Of a DNA stretch of 60,021 nucleotides, positions 45,926 through 55,106 are shown one piece after another. The stretch lies in the IMG/VR virus record IMGVR_UViG_3300033829_000001, positions 1-60,021 of that record. One strand, given 5' to 3'. A program made the translations under genes and the position numbers. The notes beneath the pieces were generated by a model. That model was given only the letters and a program-made list of their open reading frames with translations. It was not told the DNA's origin and did not search any database. Position 1 is the first letter of the stretch. Each line of letters begins with the position of its first letter. This DNA comes from a virus (lineage: Duplodnaviria; Caudoviricetes).

Positions 45926-47136
45926 GGGTGAGCACTCACGTGCGGGGGATGAAACACGGGAATTGCACGTCGTTTATTCATCTGATTGCGGATACTATCT
46001 ACTTGTTTATGAAAGAATTCTTGCCCCTTAAAATCTACGACGTCTTTTGGCATCACCCACTCGCCAGGGGTGAGTAACGCTGGCTTGGTATCAGTCGAGC
46101 CCGGAATAGGCGAGCTGGGCAACGCACCGCGCGCAGTAACATTACCACCTTGACTCATAACTTCTCCGCCTGCGCAGTAGGCTGAAGAGATAGGCGGCCC
46201 GTTGCCGCTAGGCGCGGGTATGCCAGCGCGCTGGTGCGTCGCCCGCATACGCTTGCCCATCATAGGTATGCCCGGTAGAGGGCCGGGGACTCCCGCCCCG
46301 CCTGGAACAGGGCCGCCAGACTCCATCATAGCCATGCCGGCAATACCAGCTACTTGGCCAATGATCTGGCCGACACCGGCCTGCTGTTGCTGCTGGTCAG
46401 TGTAGACCTGCTGCTGCTCGCCAAACTGCGTATTGGCCGCCTGCACTGCGCTGTTGTTCGCATTGACGTCCGTGTTGAGATAAGAGTTGGCCGCAGTGAG
46501 GTTGTTCACGTTCGAAGCGTTGGTGCTGTTCACAGTATTCTGACCGGCCTGCGCTGTCTGCGCACCAGCTGCTTCGCCAGCCGTGCCCATCTGACCGACT
46601 TGCACGCCCAGTTGGTTCGCTTGGTTCTCCATACCAAACGCAGTCTGCTGTGTTTGGATCGCGCTCTGTGTACCGGCGTTGGCCGCATTGGCTGCGCCAG
46701 ATACAGCAGCCTGCTGCTGCATAGCAGCACCACCGAGCGACGCAGGATCGACACCCTCGGACGCGAGAGCGGCGCGCGAGTTAGCCAGCGCTGCCTGATC
46801 GGCCGCGTTGGCATTGCCTACCGCCTGTCCCTGCAGCAGCGCGACATTCTGCGAAGAGCCGTATTGCTGCGCGGCCTGCGCTTCGGTGCTCTGCAGCGGA
46901 TTGAAAACAGAACCATACTGCTGCAAATTCTGATTCGCGGTATTCGCAATAGCGCCCGCGGCGTTATTGCTTGCGTTTGTCACACCGGACAGGTTCGCCT
47001 GTGACTGCTGGTTAAGAGCAGTTGCAGTATTCATGGTCTGCGCGGCGTTGCTGGTCGCAGTCCCCGCCGTGTTGTTCGCGTTGGTTACGTTGCCGCTTAG
47101 ATTAGCTGCTTGGGGTGTACTAGCGCCGCCTGACAT
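45922..47136 (-). CDS. Internal virion (ejection) protein
   Basis: Ala/Gln/Asn-rich; C-terminal DTKPALLTPGEWVMP motif. Confidence 0.75.
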   Translation of the reverse strand: MSGGASTPQAANLSGNVTNANNTAGTATSNAAQTMNTATALNQQSQANLSGVTNASNNAAGAIANTANQNLQQYGSVFNPLQSTEAQAAQQYGSSQNVALLQGQAVGNANAADQAALANSRAALASEGVDPASLGGAAMQQQAAVSGAANAANAGTQSAIQTQQTAFGMENQANQLGVQVGQMGTAGEAAGAQTAQAGQNTVNSTNASNVNNLTAANSYLNTDVNANNSAVQAANTQFGEQQQVYTDQQQQQAGVGQIIGQVAGIAGMAMMESGGPVPGGAGVPGPLPGIPMMGKRMRATHQRAGIPAPSGNGPPISSAYCAGGEVMSQGGNVTARGALPSSPIPGSTDTKPALLTPGEWVMPKDVVDFKGQEFFHKQVDSIRNQMNKRRAIPVFHPPHVSAHP

Positions 47137-47552
47137 GCTCGATGCTCCGCTGGTATCCAGCGACAATCTTTTCGATCCAACGCGAAGAAGTGCAACGCAC
47201 CAGACGGGTGAGCGTCTTTGAGCACAGCGAATTCTTCAAATCCTAGGCGCTTAGCGAAGTTCAACGACTTAGCGTTGCCCGCTTGTATTATGCCAATAAG
47301 CTTCTGGTATTGCCACTGTATGAAAGGGACTTCAAACCCAGTCCTCAAAAGAACCCGATTGAACCCGGTCGGGGAGTCTGTGACGGCGTGTAATTGACAG
47401 GACAGGCCCTGAAAACTGTCGTATCCAAACGCCGCGATTATGACTCCGTCTACTTCGCGGGCGATGCCACGAAACTCTTTCTGTATGGGCATGCCTGAGC
47501 GGATATGCATCCACTGCTGGATTCTATCGTCAGTGTTAATCAGCCGGTCCAT
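47097..47552 (-). CDS. GNAT-like acetyltransferase preceding the ejection genes
   Basis: N..SL.F.KRLGF; position typical of podoviruses. Confidence 0.75.
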   Translation of the reverse strand: MDRLINTDDRIQQWMHIRSGMPIQKEFRGIAREVDGVIIAAFGYDSFQGLSCQLHAVTDSPTGFNRVLLRTGFEVPFIQWQYQKLIGIIQAGNAKSLNFAKRLGFEEFAVLKDAHPSGALHFFALDRKDCRWIPAEHRACQAALVHPKQLI

Positions 47553-47586
47553 GAAAGGAAGGGGGTCCTTATAGACAAGAACCCCC
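47553..47586 (-). terminator. Probable intrinsic terminator after the secreted paralog pair
   Basis: GGGGGTTCTT-GTCTAT-AAGGACCCCC followed by TTCCTTTC. Confidence 0.55.
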
Positions 47587-47592
47587 GGATCC

Positions 47593-48651
47593 CTAGAACG
47601 CAGTGCATTTATAGGTGATCAGATCGCCCGAAGTAGGCGTTCCGACAATGGACACCAGAGTCGTAGTATACGCTGATTCTTTGAGAGTGTTGGCGGATGT
47701 CGTTAAATCCTTGAATGTGCACACAAACCCGTTCAACACTGCCACGGGGTAGGTGAACAGAAGCGCGCCAACCGCCGTAGATCCAGTCGCTGTAACCGTG
47801 TTGCCGATCAGCGTTACAGCGCCGTTAAGTGCAAACACGTGACCAGTTACCGAGGCGCCGTTTCCGAGGCTATCTGAGATAGCTGCGATCACGGTGCCGT
47901 TGACGACCGAAGAGGCGTTTATAGTCGCGCTCGAACCGACAAGCCAGTAGACGTTCTGTGCCTGAGCGCCGTTGGTCAGCGATACAGTGCTCGACGTATT
48001 AGCGGTAAACGTGCTGCCGATCTGGAAGATGAAGACCGCATTTGGATTGCCACCGCCGTTCAGAGTGACAGTCCCGCCGACCGAGATATCCGCGCTTGAG
48101 CCGATTTTATACAGGCCCGGGCTAAGCGTTGTCCCAGCTAGCTCGTATGAAGATGCCGATAGAACTGTGGCACCGGGGAGAGCGTTCCCGGTATTGAACG
48201 CCGTTGTCGCGTCCGTTACTGCCTGCGCCGCCGCGCTGTTGGTGATGTTTGAGGTGCCTGTGACAGTCGGCGAGCCGGTAACTGATGTGCCGGGATAGAG
48301 GGCCAGATTGCCTGTTATAGTCGTAGTGCCAGTATTCGTGATCGTCGAAGTCGCGATCACACCATAAGTGACTGCGGTACCTAGGAGGATGCCCGATGAC
48401 GGAGCAGTCCCGCTGACTACAAAAGAGCCGGCGTTAGCGCCTCCAACCTGAGCGGAGATAGTCTGACCAGCGGCGGTAATGACCGGCTTATTCAGACTCA
48501 GGTCATTAAATTGACCCTGTAGCCCGGTCTGGCCTGTGAGCGGGTTGAAGTCATAATACGGGACAAAGGTCGCCGCCATGGCAGCACTAGTCAAAGCAGT
48601 GCCGAGAACCAGCGATGCAATGTTTGTCTTGAAACTCTTGAAAAACTTCAT
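47593..48651 (-). CDS. Secreted protein with an inserted DUF3494 ice-binding-like domain
   Basis: Signal peptide ending AMA; STITNTG.T.ITGN.ALYPG, L.PGLY, TLNGGGNPNAVFIFQI, V.LTNGAQAQNVYWLVG.SAT, GHVFA..GAVTL. Confidence 0.9.
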   Translation of the reverse strand: MKFFKSFKTNIASLVLGTALTSAAMAATFVPYYDFNPLTGQTGLQGQFNDLSLNKPVITAAGQTISAQVGGANAGSFVVSGTAPSSGILLGTAVTYGVIATSTITNTGTTTITGNLALYPGTSVTGSPTVTGTSNITNSAAAQAVTDATTAFNTGNALPGATVLSASSYELAGTTLSPGLYKIGSSADISVGGTVTLNGGGNPNAVFIFQIGSTFTANTSSTVSLTNGAQAQNVYWLVGSSATINASSVVNGTVIAAISDSLGNGASVTGHVFALNGAVTLIGNTVTATGSTAVGALLFTYPVAVLNGFVCTFKDLTTSANTLKESAYTTTLVSIVGTPTSGDLITYKCTAF

Positions 48652-48954
48652 ATTCAGTACCTTATAGGTTAGAGATCAAAACGCAACGCATTCGTATACC
48701 AGAAGATCGCCAGACACAATCGTTCCAGCAAACGTGACAGTAGTAGTCGTGTATGCCACTTCCTTCGAACTGTCGGCTGTAGTCGTAATATCAACTAAAG
48801 AACATGCAAAACCGGTAAGGACCGGCTGCGGATAAGTGAACGTAAAGGCACCAGTGGTCGTGCCTGTAGCAACGAACGCACCAGCAACGGCGCCTCCAAC
48901 CTGAGCGGAGATAGTCTGACCAGCGGCGGTAATGACCGGCTTATTCAGACTCAG
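48437..48954. repeat. 65-bp exact direct repeat (48437-48501 and 48890-48954) shared by the tandem paralogs
   Basis: Encodes LSLNKPVITAAGQTISAQVGGA in both genes. Confidence 0.9.
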
Positions 48955-49092
48955 ATCGACAAACTGCCCTGGTAGGCCATTGATGCCCGTGAGCGGGTTG
49001 AAGCCGATGTAGGGAATATACACAGCAGCAAGCGCGGCGCCAGTTACGAACAGGGCTGCGAGGGCTGCGCCAAACTTGCGAGAAGTCTTCAT
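48676..49092 (-). CDS. Secreted beta-rich protein; paralog of 47593-48651 lacking the insert
   Basis: Signal peptide ending ALA; collinear N- and C-terminal similarity; 2 Cys. Confidence 0.85.
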   Translation of the reverse strand: MKTSRKFGAALAALFVTGAALAAVYIPYIGFNPLTGINGLPGQFVDLSLNKPVITAAGQTISAQVGGAVAGAFVATGTTTGAFTFTYPQPVLTGFACSLVDITTTADSSKEVAYTTTTVTFAGTIVSGDLLVYECVAF

Positions 49093-49136
49093 GGTTTCAG
49101 TACCTTAAGGTGTTGATTGGGTTGCCAGCGAAAACG

Positions 49137-49164
49137 ATTATACCAATGTCAGGCCACCAGTCAA
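49137..49164 (-). promoter_or_regulatory. Sigma70-like promoter TTGACT-N16-TATAAT with extended -10 (TGn)
   Basis: Near-perfect consensus directly upstream of 49092. Confidence 0.7.
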
Positions 49165-49343
49165 CCTCGCCCCCGTGGACGCATAAAGTTAGGCCGGAGC
49201 TGCGGAGCCGCAAAGTGTCGCCCGCGATCTGCATTCACAAATTCCCGGGCTACTGTGGGAGATGGCCCTTTGCCGCTGCGAGGCTTGCCCCCGTGAGCAA
49301 TCAATTCCATAAACCTGTGCTGCTTTCCTGATTTACTTGGCAT
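49161..49343 (-). CDS. Small basic hypothetical protein
   Basis: MPSKSGKQHRFM...VAREFVNAD. Confidence 0.7.
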   Translation of the reverse strand: MPSKSGKQHRFMELIAHGGKPRSGKGPSPTVAREFVNADRGRHFAAPQLRPNFMRPRGRG

Positions 49344-49839
49344 TAGATGTCACCGTACGCTTTTGAAGCTCTGCGAAGTTTCCAGATACTGCTGCAGCAG
49401 CTTGCACGATGGTTCCGAGTTCGGCTCCGATGTCGGAGGGCGAGCTAGCACTTCCGTCAGACACTGGGGGAACAACAGCGGATCGGGCGCCGACAATTGA
49501 AGCTCCGGAGATAATGCTGGGGGACTCGGGCACTCCTGTTGACTGATTGTTCGGGTGGCACACCCAGACATGGCCAAGAGGGTGAGCAGCCATATACGAG
49601 TTAAGGGCATTCTGAGCAGCATCGCGTTCCTCTGCGGCTTGGTTCGCCGCGGCCTGCATCGCAGCTTCTTCAGCCACGATCTTCTTGTGTTCATCTGCGC
49701 GGGCTGCGGCATAGGCCGCTATGATGTCCTGCTTGCCGATAGTCCGTTCATGGTGAACAGCCACAAGACCAAGACATAAAATAGCAAGTAGCCCGGCAGC
49801 CCACAAGTAGTTTTCGAATGGCAAAAGCGCGCTCAACAT
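49333..49839 (-). CDS. i-spanin (Rz-like)
   Basis: N-terminal TM plus coiled coil; follows the endolysin. Confidence 0.8.
   Translation of the reverse strand: MLSALLPFENYLWAAGLLAILCLGLVAVHHERTIGKQDIIAAYAAARADEHKKIVAEEAAMQAAANQAAEERDAAQNALNSYMAAHPLGHVWVCHPNNQSTGVPESPSIISGASIVGARSAVVPPVSDGSASSPSDIGAELGTIVQAAAAVSGNFAELQKRTVTSNAK
49350..49622 (-). CDS. o-spanin (Rz1-like lipoprotein) embedded in the i-spanin gene
   Basis: GAGGA RBS; IWLLTLLAMSG-C lipobox; Pro-rich mature part; alternative frame. Confidence 0.8.
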   Translation of the reverse strand: MLLRMPLTRIWLLTLLAMSGCATRTISQQECPSPPALSPELQLSAPDPLLFPQCLTEVLARPPTSEPNSEPSCKLLQQYLETSQSFKSVR

Positions 49840-50351
49840 GTCAGCGCCTTCGCTAACGTAGCGTTTGCGCGGGCTTCCCAGCCGACTCCATAAACAGGAT
49901 ATTCTTTCATCGAAGTATATGCCAAGAGCCGAGCAGTCGTGAACGCGCGTGCGACGGTGAGTGGATCGTTCGCGCTACAAGCGGATTTAGTATGTGGACC
50001 GAGAACCCCGTCTTGCGTAACGCCGAGCGCGCGCTGCAATACCACGATGGCTTCATGGTCTCCAGCGTTGTAGGCAAAATCAAACAAACAGAGCGCGATA
50101 GGGGCAGGTAAATCATCCCCCGAGATTCGGTCCCAGTAATGCGCCTTGGCGATCGGAAGGGCATCCGCAATTGTAAGGTTCTTGATATCGAGAGTCGGAT
50201 ACGCGGCGGCAGATATACCGTATTTCGTGCCAGCGAGGATGCCAACGCCGACTTGGCCCCCTGTCCAGTTACCCCGATCCTGTGGATCGTCATTGTATCC
50301 CCCCTCGTAGCCTAAAATCCAAGGGAAAGCGACATTTGCGAAGAAATTCAT
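49833..50351 (-). CDS. Endolysin, glycoside hydrolase family 108
   Basis: EGGY.DDP.D.G, GTKYGIS, FDFAYNAG and LQRALGV..DG.LGP.T. Confidence 0.92.
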   Translation of the reverse strand: MNFFANVAFPWILGYEGGYNDDPQDRGNWTGGQVGVGILAGTKYGISAAAYPTLDIKNLTIADALPIAKAHYWDRISGDDLPAPIALCLFDFAYNAGDHEAIVVLQRALGVTQDGVLGPHTKSACSANDPLTVARAFTTARLLAYTSMKEYPVYGVGWEARANATLAKALTC

Positions 50352-50518
50352 TCTCCGAATCTCTTAATCGCCCAAGTAGTGATCGATATCGTACCAGCAA
50401 TTATGGCTATGATACCAGCGCACACTTGGATAATTGGCAAAATTTGTAGGCAAAACGCTGTCACAGCAGATGGTACAGCGACCCAAGCAGCGATGTGAAT
50501 GGTGTTGTGTGAATCCAT
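50348..50518 (-). CDS. Putative holin (56 aa; below the ORF-track cutoff)
   Basis: MDSHNTIHIAAWVAVPSAVTAFCLQILPIIQVCAGIIAIIAGTISITTWAIKRFGE; ATGA overlap with the endolysin. Confidence 0.7.
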   Translation of the reverse strand: MDSHNTIHIAAWVAVPSAVTAFCLQILPIIQVCAGIIAIIAGTISITTWAIKRFGE

Positions 50519-50531
50519 TATGGTTCGTTCA

Positions 50532-52457
50532 TCATACTTGTTTCAATTCAAGTCCCGTTTCAGCTATGGAAAAACTATATACGTTGACATTGCCGATAAA
50601 CTGAAACTGCCATCCATCAGATTTGAATCCTGCAGGCAAGCGAATAGTGCGCTCCGAACTAACAGTGTAGGTAAAGACAGTGTCCCAATTCTGGTCGAGA
50701 TCCCTTGCATAAATCGTAACCTGTACTGCATTCTCAACACTTTCCAATGCGCCTACATCATACAATAGGCTACCATTAATAGCTCCCTGATTCTGCGGTA
50801 CGATAGATGCTTGATCTGTAATGGAAATTTGCCATTGGCCGTTAATAACTTCCCCATTTATGGCGCCTAGTCCGGCTCGCATATGGCTGTTCGCATACGC
50901 GTAAACGTCCTCGTTGAAGAGGATATAGTCCTGTAGCAGGCTTGCTGGAATCTCCTGTGTGCCACCCCCCACGAACTTCAAGCGAAACGCGCCGAAGTTG
51001 ACAGGCTTTGGTAAGTCAAACTCTTTGGATAACCACGTGTACTCGTACGGCGTTGATTCGGGCGGATCCCATAGTCGAGCTTGGTTGCTCTGCACTAAAT
51101 ACACGTCACCCGAATACTGGTCGATCTGGATAGCGAACACACCACTAAAGCGGTCGAGCGTTGTAAGAGGAGCGAGCTGTTCTGCCGGAGAAAATATGAA
51201 CCCAGTGGCAGTGGAATCAAACGCCACATATTGTAGTCCGTAACCGACTGCCTGAACTTCCGTCGGAGAAAAATAGTTCTGCCACTCTTCTCGTGTAAAT
51301 AGCTGCTGTGTCTGAAGAGCTGTATTCCCGGGAGTGGCCAGGACAATGCCCTGTGGCGAAGCATACATCACCCCTTGCAATGTCGTGACCATACTACGCC
51401 GGTTCACACAAGGATCAATAGAGTCTATGCGCTGAAGAATGATGGCCTGTGGCGTCATACCCTCAGCGTAGTAGGGATGCGAAGTAGTCGTCACAACCAC
51501 GACGCCATTGACAACTGCTATACCTACGATCTCAGTCTGGCAGGTTTGCACCTGTTCGATAGGCCACGCATGTGGCTGGTATGGCACTGATGTCCAGAAA
51601 TCGCGCCCGCTGTAGCCCATTAAAAAGCCGCCGGGGTGTGGAGTTATCCCGAGCAGCGTCGCGGGCGGCGGCGTCCATGTCAGGGACTGCAGCGTAAAAT
51701 TCAACGCAACAGTTGTATCAGGAATAGAGTCGTTGTATGTCGTAGTGCCGAAAGCGATGTCAGCTACGAAGTAGTAGATACCTGCAATCGTGCGATATAT
51801 ACGGGTAGTAGCAAGGTTGTAGTAGGTAGGATTTGGTACCGTGCCGTCAATGCCAGACAATGACCAAGTGCCGGAGGAGGCCCCCGTAGCAAGCGTGGGT
51901 GGAGAAGGCGGCCCTTCTTCCCCGTACGCGGAAATAAATGTGTATACGTAAGAGCGCGTCTCTGTAGTGCCACCTGGAGGTGTGACGGTAGGAGCATCAA
52001 TTGGTGTCGGTATGCCGAGTAGGAAGCTATGGCTACCGGCTTGTATGCGGGCTCGGGTATTGTACTGCGGCGCGCCGGCATAGATTGTCGGGAGTGTGTC
52101 CCCGCTCCAGTAATAACGTTCAAAGGAATCTTCCAATACCGGGGTGCGAACAAAGTCAACTGACGCATCTTGAAACCCCACCCAGAAATCGGCCAGTGGC
52201 TGCAATGGAATCGGTGCTCCTACTGTAGCAGGAAGACGGTACGCGCGAGCAACCGGGGTGCCAGCCGCCGTTGTGTTCGAACCTGCGTCTAAGAAAGTAG
52301 GGCCAAAATCATAGAGTAACTGCGTTTCACGTAAGCCTCGCAGTTCCCCGGATAGGAGTTTCGCATTAGCCGCAGTCACCGCGCCGTTTTTAGGCAGCAA
52401 GCGATTCGACCAGCGGGGCGCTATGCCGGCAAAGTTCTCGATTCTAAGTGCAACCAC
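50532..52457 (-). CDS. Tail nozzle/stabilisation (tubular B-like) protein
   Basis: F.GIAPR, YVYT...GEEGPPS, S.PY.PHAWP, YASPQG and W.SKEF. Confidence 0.75.
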   Translation of the reverse strand: MVALRIENFAGIAPRWSNRLLPKNGAVTAANAKLLSGELRGLRETQLLYDFGPTFLDAGSNTTAAGTPVARAYRLPATVGAPIPLQPLADFWVGFQDASVDFVRTPVLEDSFERYYWSGDTLPTIYAGAPQYNTRARIQAGSHSFLLGIPTPIDAPTVTPPGGTTETRSYVYTFISAYGEEGPPSPPTLATGASSGTWSLSGIDGTVPNPTYYNLATTRIYRTIAGIYYFVADIAFGTTTYNDSIPDTTVALNFTLQSLTWTPPPATLLGITPHPGGFLMGYSGRDFWTSVPYQPHAWPIEQVQTCQTEIVGIAVVNGVVVVTTTSHPYYAEGMTPQAIILQRIDSIDPCVNRRSMVTTLQGVMYASPQGIVLATPGNTALQTQQLFTREEWQNYFSPTEVQAVGYGLQYVAFDSTATGFIFSPAEQLAPLTTLDRFSGVFAIQIDQYSGDVYLVQSNQARLWDPPESTPYEYTWLSKEFDLPKPVNFGAFRLKFVGGGTQEIPASLLQDYILFNEDVYAYANSHMRAGLGAINGEVINGQWQISITDQASIVPQNQGAINGSLLYDVGALESVENAVQVTIYARDLDQNWDTVFTYTVSSERTIRLPAGFKSDGWQFQFIGNVNVYSFSIAETGLELKQV

Positions 52458-52490
52458 TTGTTTTCTCTAAGTATATTAAAACATCCGGAC

Positions 52491-52862
52491 TCATCCTGCT
52501 ACCCACCCGCCCGGGCCCGTAAACAGCGCCGGACAAACTATAGCACCGCCTCCTACAAGGGCCCCCAAGAAGGTAGGCGAAGACGCGTCGGTCACGACAG
52601 CGCGTGTACCTACATTAGGCGCCTTCGGCAAAGTGGCAACAGTGCTAATAGGAGCCACGGGCTGTACGGGCTGCAGAGTGTTGTCCCTCATTTGGTAATG
52701 TCCAGACGCTATCAACTCGCCGGCTTGCGCGTAAGAATCATTCGGATTACCACGCTGACGCGATGCGGTCTCTGATGCCTCTTTCAGCTGGCCCAGCACA
52801 ACCTTGTGATTAGCGGGATCAGATGTAGGTTGTCGGATCGCTACTGCGGTAATGCTGCCCAC
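52491..52862 (-). CDS. Tail-associated hypothetical protein
   Basis: STVATLP...GTRAVVTDA...GGG...P motif seen in fibre/spike modules. Confidence 0.6.
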   Translation of the reverse strand: MGSITAVAIRQPTSDPANHKVVLGQLKEASETASRQRGNPNDSYAQAGELIASGHYQMRDNTLQPVQPVAPISTVATLPKAPNVGTRAVVTDASSPTFLGALVGGGAIVCPALFTGPGGWVAG

Positions 52863-52869
52863 TAGTCAC

Positions 52870-53886
52870 CTATAATTTCATGATATAAAAAAGGGCGATG
52901 TAAGGCGGCACTATGGAGTATGCGAACGATCCATTTAACTGGGACAGGCCGTGTACATGGCCCATGCCTCCGCCAGTGGGTTGGATAATAGGATTCGCGC
53001 CTGACTGCCCGTTGCTCGTGATATACGAACCGCCACCGAAGCCGGCGTCAGTACGAGTAGCGCCGGCAGGGCCAGCGTTGCCAGTGAAAAACGCCTGCGC
53101 TTGCCATGTTTCGTGGCCATGGCTAGGCATCTGGGCAGTCGTAAGCACAGTGGAATCAGTCGTGTCGGCAGAGAAATTAACCGCTAGATTGCCAGTGAAG
53201 CTGCCACCCGACGAAGGCTGGCTTCCGCCTGCGCCCAAGACGAACTTGTCTTCAAGATTCGGAGTGCCGTTTGTGCCATCGCATATATGAAAGCCGCTCG
53301 GTACGCTGACACTGGAGCCGCTCCAGAGCAGGATCATACCGGAGGTAATTAGTGATGAGCCCGCGTTAAGTTCGCTGCTGATGTTAGCAGCCGTGAGTAT
53401 AACAGATCCAGAAGCCGTAGCCGGACTGCCAATCGGGACTACGATTTGGTTGCTAGTTACGCCCGGCGCCGATCGTAAGGCACCAGTGAATTCGCCACCT
53501 TGAATACTGCCGCCAGACCCGAGGCTCAATACACCGCTAAGAGTCGTCGTTCCCGACAAAGTGGCGCCACCATTGCCTTGCAAGAAAGCTTGTAAAATAC
53601 CCGCGGTAACGCGTTGCTCAAACCTCGTACCAGAGGCGAAGCCCAGAGGTGTAGTGCCGTCAGCACCGCGCACGATAGTGAATGTGTCCCCTGTGCGGGC
53701 TGTGATAGTCACGATCTCGATATTGCCGCTCACGTCCTGGAACGTGCCATAAGCTATCTGGCCAGCGCCTGGATTGGAGAACAGTGCACCTGTGGTAGCC
53801 GCTACCGTGCATGTAGTCTGCGTACTGGTAATAGCGGAAGCCAGTGTGGAGGTGGCGTTGTCAGCGAAAAGGATGAGATTCGACAT
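52870..53886 (-). CDS. Tail fibre with collar domain (no signal peptide)
   Basis: EIV.ITARTGDTFTIVRGADGT; GMILLWSG...PSGFHICDGTNGTPNL.DKF; PPYIALFYIMK. Confidence 0.85.
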   Translation of the reverse strand: MSNLILFADNATSTLASAITSTQTTCTVAATTGALFSNPGAGQIAYGTFQDVSGNIEIVTITARTGDTFTIVRGADGTTPLGFASGTRFEQRVTAGILQAFLQGNGGATLSGTTTLSGVLSLGSGGSIQGGEFTGALRSAPGVTSNQIVVPIGSPATASGSVILTAANISSELNAGSSLITSGMILLWSGSSVSVPSGFHICDGTNGTPNLEDKFVLGAGGSQPSSGGSFTGNLAVNFSADTTDSTVLTTAQMPSHGHETWQAQAFFTGNAGPAGATRTDAGFGGGSYITSNGQSGANPIIQPTGGGMGHVHGLSQLNGSFAYSIVPPYIALFYIMKL

Positions 53887-53950
53887 AAGTCCTCCGACTA
53901 TAAGCTACGACGATTTCCAGCGCGCCTTTCCTCTAAATTATTATATTCAC

Positions 53951-54274
53951 TCATGTGGTGAAGCTCGTGGTGTTATATTGCACGACATCATTTAGAATCT
54001 GTCCAGTGCTGGTTGTAGCTAAGAACGATACGAAATAAGTGCCGTTAATTACCCCGTTGTTCACAAAATAGATTACCTGCAAGCCGCCGGGACCTATCAA
54101 GACATCGTCCACTACGAGGGTTGGGGAGTTCGCATCCGACTGGTTCTGGATCGTCGTAATGCTCTGAACCGCAAAGGCAGTGATAACTTCCCCAGTTGCA
54201 AGATCCAGAGTATAGTCAAGCACATACCGTTTGTTCTCAAGAACTCCCTGTCGGAAAATTGCTGTAATGTTCAC
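53951..54274 (-). CDS. Putative fibre-tail adaptor
   Basis: E.KRYVLDY..L..GEVI...G..Y.V...ATTSTG; tail context. Confidence 0.6.
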   Translation of the reverse strand: MNITAIFRQGVLENKRYVLDYTLDLATGEVITAFAVQSITTIQNQSDANSPTLVVDDVLIGPGGLQVIYFVNNGVINGTYFVSFLATTSTGQILNDVVQYNTTSFTT

Positions 54275-55104
54275 TGGATCGACCTCATGTATCTATTCCC
54301 GATAGGGCGCCAAACCTTGGGCTCAATGTCCGGTAAGTATACTATTATGACAGCCTCGAAGACAGGCGCAGGCACAAACTTGCCGTAGGCATTGAATGGC
54401 GGAGGCGGACAAGCCAGCCCGAACGGCGCGGTAGGGGGCGTAAAATCTGCCGTGTAGCGGGCGATCCCATTTGTGACACGGATGTCGTACAGCGCGAAAT
54501 AACCTGGATTGAATACGACCGGGGCGGCGCCGAAATACATCGCCGGGCTGCTGGGCAACGCAGGTATAGGCGCTATTATAGTGCCAACGCTCATCACGCC
54601 ATTCAAGAACAGCCGCAAGTTGCTGCCGTCTCGTACTACCGCGATGTGGTTCCAAGCTCCGACTGTGATATTAGCGGCGCTAGACAGGTCGCCCAGTGTC
54701 CAAGGACCACTCACGTAGTGAGTGGTGACGAACACAGGAGAAGGAAGCGATTCGATCCCTACCTGAAACAGCGTCGTAAAATCGCAACTCAAATCAAAGA
54801 GCTCCTCGGATGCAGTGCTAGCAGATGAAATGTACGCCCACATTTCGACTGTCCAATCAGCTTGCGCCGTGACCAAATCGAGAGGGCTGTTAGCTAGATA
54901 GCTGACTCCAATATAAGGATGGATGCCAAGCGTAAGATCGAGGGATGCTGCAGCGCCAAACAGTGTGTTCGTGTTTGACATATAAGCGTTATACGCATTG
55001 ACAGTCCATGCGTTGTTGGATAGGTCGATGAAATCGTTGCTGTCATTGCCAGTGTCACACGGCACCAGCAGCGCGACCTTGCTGAAATTCGGGTCGCATG
55101 CCAT
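54271..55104 (-). CDS. LamG/concanavalin A-like domain protein
   Basis: DWTVEMWAY, WNHIAVVR.G..LRLFLNG and DIRVT.GIARY..FTPPTAPF. Confidence 0.88.
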   Translation of the reverse strand: MACDPNFSKVALLVPCDTGNDSNDFIDLSNNAWTVNAYNAYMSNTNTLFGAAASLDLTLGIHPYIGVSYLANSPLDLVTAQADWTVEMWAYISSASTASEELFDLSCDFTTLFQVGIESLPSPVFVTTHYVSGPWTLGDLSSAANITVGAWNHIAVVRDGSNLRLFLNGVMSVGTIIAPIPALPSSPAMYFGAAPVVFNPGYFALYDIRVTNGIARYTADFTPPTAPFGLACPPPPFNAYGKFVPAPVFEAVIIVYLPDIEPKVWRPIGNRYMRSIQ

Positions 55105-55106
55105 GG

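Noticed and set aside
36466-47004. Numerous + strand and alternate-frame ORFs over the ejection genes
   Set aside because: Shadow ORFs of long GC-rich coding sequences with no recognisable motifs
48437-48954. Diversity-generating retroelement TR/VR pair
   Set aside because: The repeat is exact with no adenine-specific mismatches, and no reverse transcriptase is encoded
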